DNA of 64,000 nt, from contig OZ024743.1 in NCBI GenBank assembly GCA_964016885.1, forward strand, positions 326,306,001 to 326,370,000, read 5' to 3'. The DNA comes from Eledone cirrhosa. Its lineage: Eukaryota. The notes below the pieces were generated by a model. It searched no databases. It was given only the letters and a program-made list of their open reading frames with translations, and was not told the origin of the DNA. How positions within the stretch are numbered: position 1 is the first letter of the stretch; every line of letters starts with the position of its first letter. This document shows, piece after piece, positions 62,600 to 64,000 of this stretch. The translations under genes were made by a program, and so were the position numbers.

Positions 62600-62725
62600 C
62601 TTGTAAGTAATGCTCTCAAGATCATCATATCCAACCCACTGGTCTCCACCAAAAGCGTATGGTACTTTCATATCATTCAACCAGATTCGGCGCCAAGGAT
62701 TTGTTCCCTTCTGGAAGGTACATAT
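62600..62725 (-). CDS. GH18 chitinase exon; upstream exons not identified in this window
   Basis: cag|ICTFQKGTNPWRRIWLNDMKVPYAFGGDQWVGYDDLESITYK|gtaag; 126 nt, phase 0/0; VPYA..QWVGYDD..S is the typical chitinase motif. Confidence 0.92.
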
Positions 62726-63723
62726 CTGTAAGAAACAATACATATAGATATCATATTGAAGGAGAAAAAAGTGTAGCGAGCGTCATTGACTGCGATATAT
62801 TTATTGGTGCAAACTTGGCTTTGTGGTTAACAGGTTTGCTTAGCAATCACGGGATTCCGAGTTCAATCCCTCTACACGACACTTCAGGCAAGTGTCTTCT
62901 CTCATAATTTCGAGTCACCCCAAGCATTGTCTGCGAACTGTTTGGAAACCTATTGGAGGAACTATATGATTAGCCGTGCTTTCCTGCCATTATTCTTGGA
63001 AGCCCTGTAAAGACCATGGGCGCTGATCTTCCTCCTTTGATTAAGTTCCCTCCTCCCATACATGAATCGAGGAATAGCAAAGTTGAACCTTACAGAATTT
63101 GAAGCCTGAACCTAGAGGTTCGATATTAAATACATTATTTAATGTGTTCTTCCTTTATCCCGACAAACAGCGCAATTTGAGGAAGATTTGGTTGTCATTT
63201 CCTGGCAGGGCGAGTGATCACGTAGAAGTTGACCCTGCTGGATTTTAGTAGAGACCACACCCGAGACGGGAAAATGAATTTAGTTACAGAGTAACGATTG
63301 TCTTTCTCTTCTGCAAACATCGTTGGTACTGTATATCCCAGAACAGTATTTAGAGGTGGGGTTACAATCATTAGGCCCCAATGTCAATCTAACTGCTTGG
63401 CATCTTAGGTAAATGCCGTCTACCATACCCTCTGGTCGACTCATGCCTTATGAATGAAATTGGATAGTAGGAAACTGTTAAGAAGCTCATCGGATGGATT
63501 ATACCTGTGGAATATTCAGCCACTTGCAACGTTAATTTCATGAGCATCTTCCGTTGATCGAATCAACTGGAATACCCCTCGCTAGAGCCGGTGACAGTCC
63601 AACGCACGCATGTGTATTTGTTTAATTGGACATCAATTAATCTGCAAATCACGCCTTTACCATCAGTCACAAAAATGTAGAAAGCACTCCAGAAACTATA
63701 TTTATCACACCACTCTCTCTCTT

Positions 63724-63776
<53 letters not shown>

Positions 63777-64000
63777 GTATTTTTATATATATATATATAC
63801 GTACATATATATGGAAGATATATATATATACGTACATACACACACATATATATGGAGGAACCTTTTTGTTTGTATGTTTATTTGCAGTGGTGGTGGGGCA
63901 GGTCATGGCTTATATTGTGGTTTATTTATACAATATACCTGTATACGACCTTTAAATTTTATGAAAAAGTTTTTTTCCTTTTTGCAATTTGAATATAGTC

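Overview
Eukaryotic, AT-rich animal genomic DNA. The SINE/LINE repertoire and huge (TA)n tracts suggest an octopus or related mollusc (inference). Two host genes converge: the 3' exons of a SPOC-domain DIDO1/PHF3(pps)-like gene (+, exons 481-1044 and 3318-7972) and the last three exons of a GH18 chitinase with a C-terminal CBM14 domain (-, exons 62725-62600, 61384-61171, 35820-35648; last intron ~25.3 kb). The rest is mobile DNA inserted mostly into (TA)n: CR1-like and RTE LINEs, three distinct Penelope-like element (PLE) fragments, tRNA-derived SINEs, non-autonomous Helitrons and MITEs. Main find: a 6.4-kb array (28046-34419) of apparently identical non-coding 464-bp units, each with a minimal type I hammerhead ribozyme, arranged as two head-to-head blocks (retrozyme-like, predicted circular RNA). 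At least six further unrelated hammerhead-type folds occur in short inserts, most of them fold-backs, and three share a compensatory U3:A8 core (UUGANAA). Ribozyme folds were identified by eye and are untested. Most ORFs in the track are microsatellite artefacts.
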